Source: Aplysia californica
Taxonomy: Eukaryota
NCBI RefSeq assembly: GCF_000002075.1
Contig: NW_004798466.1
Location: 5,750 to 69,749 of the forward strand
Length of the DNA stretch: 64,000 nucleotides
Direction: 5' to 3'
This document shows, piece after piece, positions 23,901-36,657 of this stretch (the stretch's first letter is position 1; every line of letters starts with the position of its first letter). Under the pieces are notes generated by a model. That model ran no database searches. It was not told the origin of the DNA and saw only the letters and a list, made by a program, of their open reading frames with translations. Position numbers and translations under genes: made by a program.

Positions 23901-26197
23901 TTCAAAACACTGAGCAGTTGTCGGAGACGGCAAACCAACTACAGTCACACCTACAACAACATCAACAACAGCCGCTGCAGCAACAACAATATTCCCTGAT
24001 GTTGTCATCGTCGAAACATCGGATCCGACTGGAAGAACCGCCGCAACACGAGTCGCCAGACTATCGGCACGGCTATCACTCGTCGCTGACCGCAGGAGAA
24101 TCACGGCACTGGTATTCCACAGTGAAACCGTCTGAGGGCGTTGATGATGTGACAGTCTCGCAGCAAAAACGCAGCGAGCGAGAACTGTCTCTCCGTCACG
24201 ATCGTCTCGTCTCTGAGACAGTTCAACATCTACAGCATCAGCACCAGCGGCACAATTCTTTGCTCCAACTGCCGGAGTCAGAGCACCTCCGTGAACCGGA
24301 GCAGCTGACACAGAGACATTTCAGAGATGTTTCTTATCAACACGATAGTCGCGTATCTTCTGAGATGATGAGAGAGTCACAGATTCAACAAAAGCAACAA
24401 AAACAAGAGGAACAGCAGTCTTCTGTCATTCCTTCATCAGAGAAACACTCACAGTTTGGACAGCTACACGGTCAGTCCCAGTTTTATGAATCTGTGCCAG
24501 CCAAAAGTGATGGTCACCTTCCTCCTCCTCCTCCTCATCATCATCTCAGTCGTCGTCATCCTCCCCCTCACAGCAAACAGCTACATCATCACCATCATCA
24601 GCCTCAGTTTGACCACCATCAGCGTGCGGAGGATCGCACCTACCCCCGTCAGCAGCAGCTCTCGCTGGAAGTCCAGCAGTCTCTATCTCTGCACAGAGAG
24701 CACGGCTACTTGGAGCACGGATCCTCCAAAGAACAGAGTCAGTATCAACAACAACAACAGTGGCAGTTAGACAGAATCAATTTGCCAGATGATTATAATT
24801 ATCGTCGTGTTTATCAACGGGATTATACTGATCTCAGGACTGTGGAACATTCTAGTCTAGACAGACCTCTAGAACATTCTAGTCTAGTCAGACTTTTGGA
24901 ACATTCTAGTCTAGACAGACTAGAACATTCTAGTCTAGACAAACCTCTAGAACGTTCTAGTCTAGAACGTTCTAGTCAAGACAGACCTCTAGAACATTCT
25001 AGTTTAGTCAGACTTTTGGAACATTCTAGTCTAGACAGACTAGAACATTCTAGTCTAGACAAACCTCTAGAACGTTCTAGTCTAGAACGTTCTAGTCAAG
25101 ACAGACCTCTAGAACATTCTAGTCTAGTCAGACTTTTGGAACATTCTAGTCTAGACAGACTAGAACATTCTAGTCTAGACAAACCTCTAGAACGTTCTAG
25201 TCTAAACAGACCTTTAGAACGTTCTAGTCTAGTCAGACTTTTGGAACATTCTACTCTAGACAGACCTCTAGAACATTCTATTCTAGACAGACAAGAGCGT
25301 TATAGTCAAGACAGACCTCTAGAAAATTCTAGTTTAGACAGACTTTTGGAACATTCTAATCGAGACAGACGTGTGGAACGTTCTAGTCTAGACAGACGTG
25401 TGGAACGTTCTAGTCTAACTGTTGGTCTAGCAGAGTTACCAGAGACTGAAGCTAGAAAGGCTTACAGCCCATCCCAGCCTCACCATTTCCACCACCGCAT
25501 TGATGTTCAGGAAGCACAACCACAGCGGGACTTTCATGAACTGGTGCCAGCCACAACTAGTACCCCCCACCCCCATCATCATCACTACCGTCAGAGTTAT
25601 CATCACGACCATCATCATCAACGGCCCAGTAGTGAGCAGCGCCACAGGGAAGAGAAAAGCCATGACAAATTCCCATCGGAGAAGAGTTATAGACATGTTT
25701 CTCTTACTCCTTCTCTCCCTCCTCCCTTACCTTCTTACCGTCATCATGACATTCATCATCATCATCAGCGTCCTCATCACCCCCAACGACTTGATGACCC
25801 TCCGCAACAACATTTTTACCAGCTTCTCCAGCCCGCACATGAGGAAGCCCAACGACAACCACAACAAGGTCATCAACATCTGCAACATCCTTCTCAGCAG
25901 CAGCAGTTTCACCCACATCTGCGGGATGAACTAGACGACCATTACCATGGGTCCCCGCATCATGTCATACACTCGCAGCATCTCCCGCGTGGTCATGTGA
26001 CTGACTCGGCTCCTGAGGGCTACGGTCAGGGTATCGGGGACGATGGTGGACGACCTTTGGAGTCGCGGCGCTACCACCAGCTGACAGCTGTCGACCTTGG
26101 CCCAGCTCAAGGTTATCTTGGAGAGCCACAGCCAAAGCCAGGGGTAGCATCAGGCACGGATGTAGACGTTGATCCTTACTATCTTGTTCCTCTGTAG
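19429..26197 (+). CDS. C2H2 zinc-finger protein (9 fingers) with long Q/H-rich low-complexity C-terminus, ~1757 aa; join(19429..20945,22441..26197)
   Basis: CxxC...HxxxH fingers with TGEKP-like linkers (TGSRPH, SKEKPF, SGEKPY, KGDKPY, TQERPY). Finger 6 (…KAHVR|VH) is split by a phase-2 intron, ag|gtaaat at 20945 ... gaccag| at 22440. Acceptor ttctcag at 19421 just before the ATG implies an upstream non-coding exon. Confidence 0.9.
22441..26197 (+). CDS. ZNF gene terminal coding exon (fingers 6-9, polyQ/polyH, LEHSSLDRP repeats)
   Basis: Uninterrupted 3.76-kb ORF in frame with the upstream exon. Confidence 0.85.
23060..23640 (+). repeat. Coding CAG/CAA/CAT repeat encoding polyH and (ELHQQQQ)n polyQ
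   Basis: Directly visible trinucleotide and longer nested repeats. Confidence 0.9.
24841..25420 (+). repeat. Coding TCTAGA-rich minisatellite with 120-nt higher-order unit (LEHSSLDRP-type repeats)
   Basis: 120-nt block starts at 24861, 24981 and 25101; monomers 24-27 nt. Confidence 0.9.
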
Positions 26198-26267
26198 GGA
26201 GGTTGGGTGTCCGGTTTCCGTGGTGCAGCAGCTCGGTGTCTCGCCGTTGCATGAGTAGGGAGAAATA

Positions 26268-27136
26268 CTGTCAAACCTCATTGTACCCGGTACTGTCTAC
26301 TTTGGGACAAGCAAAAAGTTGGGCGCACAGGGGGGCTAACGATATAAAGGGATAGCACCGATTGCCATCTTGGCTTGTGGTAGTAGGCTACTAGATTGAT
26401 AGAGACGAGAGACAAAAGAGGTCAGTCTTGACTCATCTAGATCTGTCTTGCGTGATTGACATGCACAGGAAAAAAAATAGGAAGCAACACATTACAATTA
26501 CTGCTTCAGATAAACTTTACGTAAATAAATTGAAAGAAGGTAGGCTATATACTTGTCAAGGACTCTGTAGACGTATCCTTTTTTTTTTTTTTAAACAACC
26601 CTATGCTCGTCAGTCCTTGGGCCGCCTCAGACCTGTCAAGTAGTCTTGAGCATGAGTCCTCACAACAAAAGCCTCACAGGCGCCCACCTACCTTTGAGTC
26701 ATTGGGCTTATATCTGGTGATTCCTCTTTGAAGTTTCTCCTGGTGATTTTGAAATTTAATTCTAATGTTTTTAAAATACAAACATGTATTGGCTGAAACT
26801 TGAAAATTATAGTATTTTCTTAATCAGCTCTAATTAAGAGAAAATCGACAACATGTGCTAAAAATAGGCTGAGCTCACAGTTCCGTGTTTGGGAAAAGAC
26901 ATTAATACAGCTGGCGTGTGTAGCTTGTACCTCAGATGCCAATTAGTTGGTGGTATAGCGAGGCAAATTTGCATTAGTTTGATAAGGACCGTACAACTCA
27001 GACTGTTGGCAGATGGCAGGGTGAAGGTGCAAATACTATTACTATGATATCGGCGTTTCTTTTTGTACATTTGCAAAACCTGCAGGTAAGCGGGGATGAC
27101 AGTATAACTGGGTGCGATATAACGAGGTTTGGACTG
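26268..27136. mobile_element. Tigger/pogo-like non-autonomous element in ZNF 3' UTR
   Basis: ta|ctgtcaaacctcattgtac ... gatataacgaggtttggactg|ta: imperfect TIRs with TA flanks. Confidence 0.6.
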
Positions 27137-27859
27137 TAGTTATCAAGTATCTTGGTTTTTCTGCTGGGATGTTGTATCCCTCTACCAGTCCAGGGTGGCC
27201 CTAACAGGTAGGGTTGGAAGCCTGCTTCCTAAATTATCTAAATTGTGCTGATGGGGATGTAAAAACACCTACTTTTTAAAAAATGAAAATTTGATTTTTT
27301 AAGATGTACCGGAAGAGACTGTGTGAAATATGGTTTGTAGAAGAAATACATTGTCTCCAAGGTTTAAGCATTTAAGTTTTTTCCTTCAGCTCCCGAGTGG
27401 GAACACTTTTAACTGCCACAATGTTTTGTCAAGTAACATGTGGTTTTTATAAATATGTACTATTACGAGTCTGATTTGACTTTTACCATTTGCCCCTTTC
27501 TTTAGCCTCATCACAATTCATATATCTCGTCTCGGAACTTCACATTTTTTTCAAGCCACGGGAAAAAAAAGGAAAACTAAGAAAGCTCTGTTGACACACC
27601 ATTGGCCAACACACAACTGTACAATCCTGGTGAAATTACAAACAAATACAATGTTTTCTTTGTTCAACCTTTGACCTGTAAACACAATCGTACTATATTT
27701 TAATCCTGGTGAAATTATAAACAAAAAAACCCCACAAAGTTTTCTTTGTTCTACCTTTGACCTGTGATACATGTACTCCACACAAGGTGTAGAAAGTGTT
27801 TGTGCTAGAGTGTGAGATGTGTTGGAGAGTGCCGCTGGAGGCTCTTGTTTTTTTGCCTA

Positions 27860-28085
27860 ACCTTGATTGTTTGAGTTTACCTGTGCCTAGATTTAGTTTA
27901 GATTGTTCCAGTTTACCTGTACCTAGATTGTTCCAAGTTACCTGTACCTAGATTGTTCAAGTTTACCTGTACCCTGATTGTACAAATGTACCAAGTCACC
28001 TGTACCTCTAGATTGTCCAAGTTTACCTGTACCTTGATTGTTCAAGTTTACCTGTATCTTGATTGTTCAAGTTTACCTGTACTGG
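27860..28085. repeat. ~23-nt minisatellite (gattgttcaagtttacctgtacc)
   Basis: About 9 tandem units. Confidence 0.85.
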
Positions 28086-28634
28086 TTACCTCAACTTGGC
28101 TCCCAGCAGAAACTGTCATCACATGCGTGTGCTTCATATTACTGGAAACTAATGATAACAGTCGAGATTGTGTTTTATACGAAACAGTACGGAGACTTTG
28201 TTAGTCCATGTAGGGAGATTTTTACAACAGCATGCGCCACAACATTTAGTTGGCTTTAGTTGACAGTGGGTTGTCAGCACAGCTCATGTATATATATATA
28301 TATCACCTTCTTGTTTTCTTTTCCTACAATGGAACGGCAGGACACACTCAGGATTTGTTGTTTGCTCGCTTGTTCAGATTTTCATGAAGCCATTTTAGCT
28401 TTCAGTACAACAACGGTTGTGCAATAATATTTTACGGGTATCTGCACTCTATATATATAATAAAAGTATTAGTATTTTAATTATACATTTTATTAAAATT
28501 TTATACATGTTTATTCATTTGTATCATTTTCCTGTTTACAGCAATTTTATTGTACAAAGTTATTATTAGCTTTTCTTACGGAAACAAGCGTTTTGGTTTT
28601 CTATAATATTATATGTACCTTGGCGTCCATTCAA

Positions 28635-28640
28635 AATAAA
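28635..28640 (+). promoter_or_regulatory. Candidate poly(A) signal of the ZNF gene
   Basis: AATAAA after an AU-rich stretch and followed by a T-rich element; an alternative lies at ~28459. Confidence 0.35.
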
Positions 28641-28806
28641 CTTGCCAATTCAAAAAAATTTTTTTTCTGTTCTATCCATATCATGGGTGGTTGGCACGTG
28701 CTGTGGTGTGGTTTTCTCCTTCTTTCGTATCAAATGTCTGTTGTCCTTATCTCTCTTCCTTTTCTTTGTACATGTATGTGGTACTCTCCATAACACCTCT
28801 GATTGT

Positions 28807-29153
28807 GGCGTCTGTGGCCTAGTGGTTAAGCTACCGGACTCGTAATCGTGAGGCTACGGGTTCGGAGGTTCAAGCCACGGGCCCGACATTGTGTCCTTGG
28901 AAAAGGCCCTTTACACAAATTTTCCTCACTGGGAATGGGTAGTCGGCCATAGACAGCGAAAGATCTTGTCAGTTTGTTAGTGTTTTAGCATCTATAAATG
29001 GCTGCTTGCACTGTATGCTTCCAAGGAAGTTGAGGTTGCTTCAGAATGCTTTCAGGTCTGCTGGGGTAATAGTATAGATTGTGACGCACATAGAGCGTGC
29101 TGTTGAGCAGGGATTTGCGCTCTCCAAATCCAGTCTATTAGTATTATTATTAT
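28807..29153 (+). mobile_element. tRNA-derived SINE with CORE-like domain and (ATT)n tail
   Basis: A box TGGCCTAGTGG, B-box-like GGTTCAAGCC, tgtgtccttggaaaaggcccttt, tail gcgctctccaaat...tattattatt. Confidence 0.8.
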
Positions 29154-29434
29154 TTTCTGCACTTATTTTGTATGACCTGCCTGTCTGTGTTGCAAGTAGG
29201 CTACTGTAAAACTTTTACAAAAACTTTTACCAACATCCACCGTCTGGTTGGTGGAAATGCTGCTGACCTAGTTTTCATCATGCTGGACTGTGGTGCGGAT
29301 GACCCAGGTGCCAAACCCCAACCGGCCATTGTTGACCTTGGATTGTTTGGGCAGTTTCCTAGTTATCCACTCCCTTGGATTTCCTGTCAGAGATGGATGT
29401 TGATCAGGAGGTCCGGCCGCTTGAATAATCTCAG

Positions 29435-29670
29435 TGTTGAAAGTTTGGTCCTATCCAAGGAGCAAAAGTGTTGAAAGATTGGTCTCATCCAAGGAGTAAA
29501 AGTGTTGAAAGTTAGGTTGGTCCTATTAAAGGAGCAAAAGTGTTGAAAAGTTGGTCCCATCCAAAGAGCAAAAGTGTTGAAAGATTGGTCTCATCCAAGG
29601 AGTAAAAGTGTTGAAAGTTAGGTTGATCCTATTTAAAGGAGCAAAAGTGTTGAAAAGTTGGTCCCATCTA
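29435..29670. repeat. ~33-37-nt minisatellite (aaggagcaaaagtgttgaaagttggtcccatcc) with 3-monomer higher-order duplication
   Basis: Seven aaaagtgttgaaag-type cores. Confidence 0.85.
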
Positions 29671-30221
29671 ATAAACAGCTTCCCTGTGGTCAGTAGGCGT
29701 GTCCTCCATAACCAATGCTCTGACTCTATTTTCATGGGAAATCTCCAGGCAGGGAACAGACATACCCAGAGTCTGTATGACCTTACAGCAATAGCAGCAA
29801 ACCACCAAAAAATAATGTAATATATAATTACAGTCAAGAGTTTACTCTTTTAGAAATTAGAAAAAATGTTAGAGTAGCGAAGTAATCAAGTACAAGTAAA
29901 TAAATGTCCTTCAAGGCTGAGTGAGAAGCTAGCCGAGACAAGAATGGAACCGTCCACCCCTTGTGGTTGGGTTGAGTGCAGTGTGGCGCCAGCACTGACC
30001 GCCCCAGTGCACACTATTCTTCACGGTGGACGTGAGTGCTGTGCGCTGTACTGTACGGCCAGTTGCTCACAAAGTTTTCTTGGCGCCTCGGCCTCTAGAG
30101 TTTCTCTGGTTTTGCTGTTTTTCTCACTGGGTGGTTGACCAACCGTTGATGGTTGACCAACCGTTGATGGTTGCTCGGATGGGATTGCCTCCTTCTTTCA
30201 TATCCAAACATCTAATTCGGT

Positions 30222-30517
30222 AATAATTGCATTTTTGTACAGCACCCGCTCTACAGTATGCTCTATGCACTCAACAACTATTATTACCCCCAGCAGACCC
30301 TAGAACACTTTGAATCAGAAACATTCTTGGCTTGCCAAAAAGCATACAGTGCAAGCTGCGGATTTCACATGATAAAACACTGACAAGATTTTATGCTTTC
30401 TTCAGCCGGGTTCCCATTCCCACTTGGGTGAAGTGAGGAAAATTTGTGTAAAGTGCCTTTCCCAAGGACATTATGTATTACAGTTGCTGAGAGCCTAACC
30501 ACTAGGCCACCGATGCC
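30222..30517 (-). mobile_element. Second copy of the CORE-like SINE (inverted relative to 28807-29153)
   Basis: Plus strand shows aagtgcctttcccaaggaca and ctaaccactaggccaccgatgcc (reverse complement of head). Confidence 0.75.
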
Positions 30518-30616
30518 ACGATCTATCGTCCTGATCTCGCCTCCCTCTTTCTTCTGATATTTTTCCAGCATATTGTCATGCATTCACCGGAGACTGGTGA
30601 CAATGACATTTCTATA

Positions 30617-31371
30617 CAGACTTCAACATAAGTTAAGGACCACTTGCAAACACTCTGAGTGGTCTTCTTGGGTCGACCTGCACATGGGTATTCTTGGACT
30701 GATCCAGTGGCTTAATGGCGCTTCCTCAAGCGGACAATGACAGAGTGTGACAGTGGGTGGTTGGCAGGTGCTCTGGTGCGGTTTGCTTCTTCTTTCCTAT
30801 CAAACATCTATCGTCTTTATCTCCCCTCCTTCTTTTTTATGTTTGTTACTCTCTTGTAACACCTCCAATCTTCTGGCGCTCATATGACCTTATGCAGTTG
30901 GGAGTGCCGTAAAACCTCTACCAAAACTAAACTAAGAGTGTGACACTGGAAGCCTTCTGGCAACTTCTCAGGCTCCAACTCTGGCACGATCAGTCTCTCA
31001 GCTTTCGTCTTGGAGACATGTCGATGCGAAACTGGATTTTGGGCAAACGGCGGCTTATATTGCCACCAAAGTGAGCACAGTTCGAGACCGTACGTTCATT
31101 TATGACATGCACCAGAAATTTTAACTGAGGAATGTCCGTCATGTCCCACACAAGTTGATAAAAAACTGCAAATTTGGCTAAAATTCCTCCGAGGATTTCC
31201 GTCCTGCACGTGGTTGTTTTGCCACTTTAGGAAGCTTTGCCGTACACATTGGTAACCCATTAACACTTTCAGAGTAAAAGTTTTGAAACATTCCTTGCTG
31301 TCTTTTTTGGGGGGATTTTAAAAAAATCATGACTGTCTGTCAAGGTGGTCCTTAAATTATGTTGAAGTCTG
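30617..31371. mobile_element. Tc1/mariner-type MITE carrying a nested retroposon
   Basis: TIR cagacttcaacataagttaaggaccac / gtggtccttaaattatgttgaagtctg. Confidence 0.75.
30753..30934 (+). mobile_element. Full-length head-less short retroposon (182 bp)
   Basis: 11-bp TSD AGAGTGTGACA (30742-30752, 30935-30945); ends aaaactaaact. Confidence 0.85.
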
Positions 31372-32534
31372 CATAAACACGAACAAACAAAAGAAACAAC
31401 CCACAAGGCAATAAGTTTGTGAACAACCCAGAATATTCCGACTGTTGAAAGTTCGGCCAAAGACAGCCAGCTAATAGTACTAATACATGCTCACACTCAC
31501 AGTACTAATTAAAAATGCTCACACTCAATGTCTATGCTGTAAATAAAATTTTATTCTTCTCAAGAGCAAAGAAAAAACTAAAACCAAAATCATGAATACA
31601 TGTGTATAGAATAAGACTGTGGTGATCTATCTTAGGATAAATACAAATCCGGTTTTTACGATCAATAATCATCAAACCAGAACCAGGGAAGGATAATAAA
31701 ATGTGTACATGGATAGAAAAAATATCTTTCCTACAGGCTGGGCGTGATACATTCCTTGTGATCTGCATGAGAAAAACTCTAGGTCCACCTCATCTGGAAG
31801 GATTTGCCAGTATGATATGTTGAAAGCAAAAGTGCCACAAAAGCATGACAAAAATCATAATTATACAATATATATCAATAAAATCAGCATAAAGAGTAAA
31901 CAGTTTTTCATGAAATAGGCTCTTAGTAGTGTCAGATTATAAAAAAATCACAAGTGTTGTAAATTGAAAAAGGGAAATAAAAAAACTTGAAAACATGTGG
32001 TTTTCTGAGGTCCAAAATAGGAGTCCCCGTTGTGGTCAGCAGCGTGGGACAATATCAGACAGCTTGCCATGGCAAAAATATATAACACTATAATACCGGT
32101 AAAATAACAGTAATACAGAGGCAACAGCACAGCAAATCGATGAACACACTACACACTCAAGTGTTGATGATGGGTGTAGTTATAGATCTACAACCACATA
32201 CTGTCACTCTTGTGAGCAGACCGGCTAACCCCAGTGAATTATATTTTACGGGAGAAGCAGAGAGTTATTTGGTGTCATCATGCAGCGACTGGGTGGCTGG
32301 CGGGTTGTTCAACTTTATTTCTCCACTCAGACCTGTTTGTCAGACTGTCTGTCTTGGACTGAGCATACGAAGCAGATAATTTACAGTCAATTCATCAAAT
32401 AAAGAAAGAATTTATATTTTCTGGGTTAGCCACTGGTCTTATCACAAAGTCGACGATATACATCAAAATCAAATACAACCAAACAAAACAAAGACAAGGA
32501 GAAAGATGGCAACAGAAGTCAGCAGTACACTCAA

Positions 32535-33300
32535 CAAAGACAAATGATCACTTCAGTCTTTCACAAACCAAACAGACAAATGATCACTTCTGCACAAAAC
32601 ACACAGACACTTGGTCACTCCTTCACAAACCACACAGACAAACGGTCACTTCACTCCACAAACCACACAGACAAACGGTCACTTCACTCCTTCACAAACC
32701 ACACAGACAAACGGTCACTTGACTCCTTCACAAACCACACAGACAAATGGTCACTCCTTCACAAACCACACAGACAAATGGTCACTTCTTCACAAACCAC
32801 ACAGACAAACGGTCACTTCTGTCCTTCACAAACCACACAGACAAATGGTCACTTCACTCCTTCACAAACCACACAGACAAATGGTCACGCCTTCGCAAAC
32901 CACACAGACAAACAGTCACTTCTGTCCTTCACAAACCACACAGACAAATGGTCACTTCTTCACAAACCACACAGACAAATGGTCACTTCTTCACAAACCA
33001 CACAAACAAATGGTCACTTCTTCACAAACCACACAGACAAACGGTCACTTCTGTCCTTCACAACCACACAGACAAATGGTCACTTCTGTCCTTCACAAAC
33101 CACGCAGACAAATGGTCACTTCTTCACAAACCACACAGACAGATGGTCACTTCTGTCCTTCACAAACCACACAGACAAATGGTCACTTCTTCACAAACCA
33201 CACAGACAAACGGTCACTTCTGTCCTTCACAAACCACTCAGACAAATGGTCACTTCTGTCCTTCACAAACCATACAGAGAAATGGTCACTTCTGCAGGAC
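32535..33300. repeat. 32-39-nt minisatellite (cttcacaaaccacacagacaaatggtcactt), ~20 copies
   Basis: Directly visible; accounts for the three overlapping stop-free plus-strand ORFs. Confidence 0.92.
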
Positions 33301-35399
33301 ATAGACACACAGACAATGACTAACTCACTTGAGAAAACAGCATCACAATAAGAAGTCGGGCACAGTGTGTACATCATAGACCTATAATATTATGTACTAC
33401 CGTAGAAAATCCTCCTCTGCCCAGTAAAAATGAAGGCATATTACAAAAGTCTATGATTTCCGTCTCTGGGTTAAATTGTTTAAAATGCTTACAACAGGGT
33501 TGACACATGAGTTACAATACTGCCAAGACAAATGCAACAGTCCAACTTTTGCCGGTCTTTGTTGGAAGCCATATTTTCCTTGGTTTGTTGCTTGTGCTGT
33601 CTATCGTACCAGTAGGCCTACTGTAGAACTGGTGAAGTGTATGCGTGCGTATGCCTGAGCATCAGTGATCGCAATTCAATGAACCAGGAATCACACACTA
33701 CACACTCTCCTCTTCTTTCACTTTTTGGCCTGGGCTAGGGCTTTTACAGATCTACATCACGTTTGGAGTGGTTCACGTAACCTGTCTCTCCGCACCATCT
33801 CAATTTAGGCCTATCGCCTGCCCCACCTCACTCATCACTGGGCTAGCCAATCACAATGCTGACTGCCTGTTTGGAGCCTGCCTACGACCCCCACCCTTCT
33901 GAGCTAGATCTAGCTCGATCTCTCTCACTGTATCCGAGTTCGGGACTTTCCTTGTCCCGCTATGTCCAAGCATAAGTTATTGAGTTCACATAGGAAGAAA
34001 AACGGGGATTCCGGTAATGTCCCGCTGTAGGGATGGTCCTACTATAGTGGGTGCCGCTGTAGTCATGTTCTACTGTTGTCATACACATGAGCCGACTGCA
34101 AATCACACAGGAACAAAAGTGACAACCATACATTTGCCTATATCACACACAAATTGACATTCATACATTTGTCGATATTGCACAGGAAGTGACAATCATA
34201 ATATCACACACAAAGTGACATGTCATACATTTGCCGATATTGCGTGGGAACAAAAAGAAATGCTTTTACAAACACACATCAAAATGACGATTCATTATCC
34301 ATCAGTTTTTTATACCTCAGATTTGAGTTGTCAAATCATAATCATAGAATCAGAACCCTTCAACTTCAAACAACAGCAAAAACAAAGTTGAAAAATTTTC
34401 ATTCATCGTCCATTGTACGTGTAGACTACAAATTACAAGTACTTTTAGTTGTCAAGATGATGATAACTTCACAACAAAAATAAATAAATAAATCCTTGGT
34501 AATCACTTATTCATACCAGCTTTAAATCAATAAATTGTTTTTAAAAACTCCCAACAACTCACATTTTATTGGCATCACTGTAAGTTAACATGACATAGAA
34601 ACGAGTCACACACAGACAGGATACAAGGTGACAATCATCGGTCATTTACCAACTGCTCACAGATTTCACCCACAGACCCACTAGCATCTGTCCCCATCCT
34701 TCTGCCAGACAGATAAACCAGTCTAATTCTTGGGTCACCCGCTAGTGCTCAGACCAACCTAATTCTTCTATCTCACTCGCTTGAGTTCATACCAAAGTCC
34801 TGCATCCTACTGTTGACAACAGGAGTCTGTATTGTTAGCTTTACAAGAGTCAGAAAAATTCTTCTGTCAAGTTTCATGCAGTGGGGCAAAAATTCAGCCA
34901 GGCTAATTTCTTCAAACACATTTTTTTTATGGTTAAATCTGACATTATATCCCTAGATCTACTTCTGGTCAAATTTTTATACAAAAACATACCAAATATA
35001 ATCGAATTTGACCTTAGCTTGTCCATTCTTGAGAAATTACAAAAACGGACTGGTCAAGTGACCTCAATTTGTTCCAGGCAGAAAAAGGTAGGCCTACTCC
35101 AACGAATGAACACACAATGACCCCAGTAGGACGCTTAGAGGAACAAGACATTACAGAACACTGTGAACAATAAGCTAACCTCAACTTCCAGCTGTGATCT
35201 CTCAAACAAACTGTTCTGTAAGCTAAGCTGTAAGCTGTAAGCTGTAAGGGAGTCTAATGTAAGTCTTGCACACAAATGTAAGTCCACAACACTGCAAGCC
35301 CCTCAAAAAATAGAGTATCAAAAACAAATATCAATACATAAATTTAGTATAACTACATAACAATATAATGCTTTGTGAAACATTTCACTGTCTTGTCAA

Positions 35400-35710
35400 C
35401 AAAAGAAGTCGTTTGACATGGATACAATGTGAATGTATTTAAGTAGGACAGAGAATATTATAAAGTCCCTCACATGGCTACATGTGCATGTATTTATTAA
35501 GTAGAACTACTAGAACAAGGAACATTATAAAGTCCCTCACTAGGATGCAATGTGAATGTTTTTATTTAAGTAGAACAGAATATTAAAGTCTCTCACAGAG
35601 CTACATGTGAATGTATTTAAGTAGAACAGAGAACATTATAAAGTTCCTCACATGTCTATATGTCAATGTATTAAGTAGAACAAAGAACATTTTAATAAAG
35701 TCCTGAGGAA
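35400..35710. repeat. Degenerate ~60-nt tandem repeat (atgtgaatgtatttaagtagaacagagaacattataaagtccctcac)
   Basis: About 5 units. Confidence 0.75.
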
Positions 35711-36223
35711 CAAAGAGAGAACTGGACACACGAGAGCAGTAAAACTAGAACATTTCCCTGACTTGCAGATGCACTAGCTATAGCCACTGGTCATTGTACA
35801 TTTTGTAATGTTGCCACACATTTACAAATTTTGTTAAATCGCTTAATTGACAAAGAGCAGAACTTCACACCAATGATAATTTTGCCAAGAGACTCAAACT
35901 CAAAGATGATGTGTAAATGATGATGGCAGAGATTTGAGGAAAGAAGAAGAAAAACATTCCAAACTAATGTAAGTAGACAAATAAGAAGATCGCCTATCAC
36001 ACCTTCCTAAGTTCTTCCAGTTTCCAAAATCATTGCATATATCTTTTGGATTTTTCTGAGTTTTGTTAAACTTAAACTTATAAGTATCTAAGATTCCTGC
36101 TCTTTATTCCTAGTACTGTACTGTCCTGACCTACCAGTAGCGCTTTGATTCCTGCCAGAAAGCAAAGTCTTGTTAATCTTTTTTAAAATGATCATCACAT
36201 CATGGACAACGTAACCGCAATTG

Positions 36224-36657
36224 TGAGGCATTACGGTGAAATCAGGCACTCGTCAAAATAATGAAAGTCACAAAATTGGCATTTTCCTGCAAGTTTGGGA
36301 GTTTTCATCAAATTTTCGTTTTTTGGTTCAACACCTTTCATGCCCATTAAAGAACACATTTCTGTGTGGATTTTACTGAAAAACGTTGATTAAAGACAGA
36401 AGAAATGTAAAATTTCAGTTTCCACGGACTCTCAAGCTAAAGAAATAACTCAACTTTGGCGGCCATTTTCTCGCTAATATTATCTCTGAAACCAGATGAC
36501 CCTCACCTCCTTCAAACACACATATCTCGACTTCTATTCAACATAGATGGATATTATTTTCACCTAAAACAAGGAGAGTGGACAGGCCCTAAGATGATAC
36601 CATCAACTCCCTTAGCCCAAAAATTGACAAGAGCCTGATTCCACCGCGTCGTGCCCC
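36224..36657. mobile_element. MITE with GGGGCA-type TIRs (partial second copy ~45480-45840)
   Basis: aggcattacggtgaaatcaggcactcgtcaa / ttgacaagagcctgattccaccgcgtcgtgcccc. Confidence 0.65.

Noticed and set aside
29435-29670. Regularly spaced ~30-nt repeats resembling a CRISPR array
   Set aside because: Intervening sequence is itself repeated (no unique spacers), there are no cas genes, and the context is eukaryotic; it is a minisatellite.
32544-33351. Three long overlapping plus-strand ORFs (259, 246, 185 aa)
   Set aside because: The repeat unit simply lacks stop codons on that strand, frames interchange, and there is no splice or start context.
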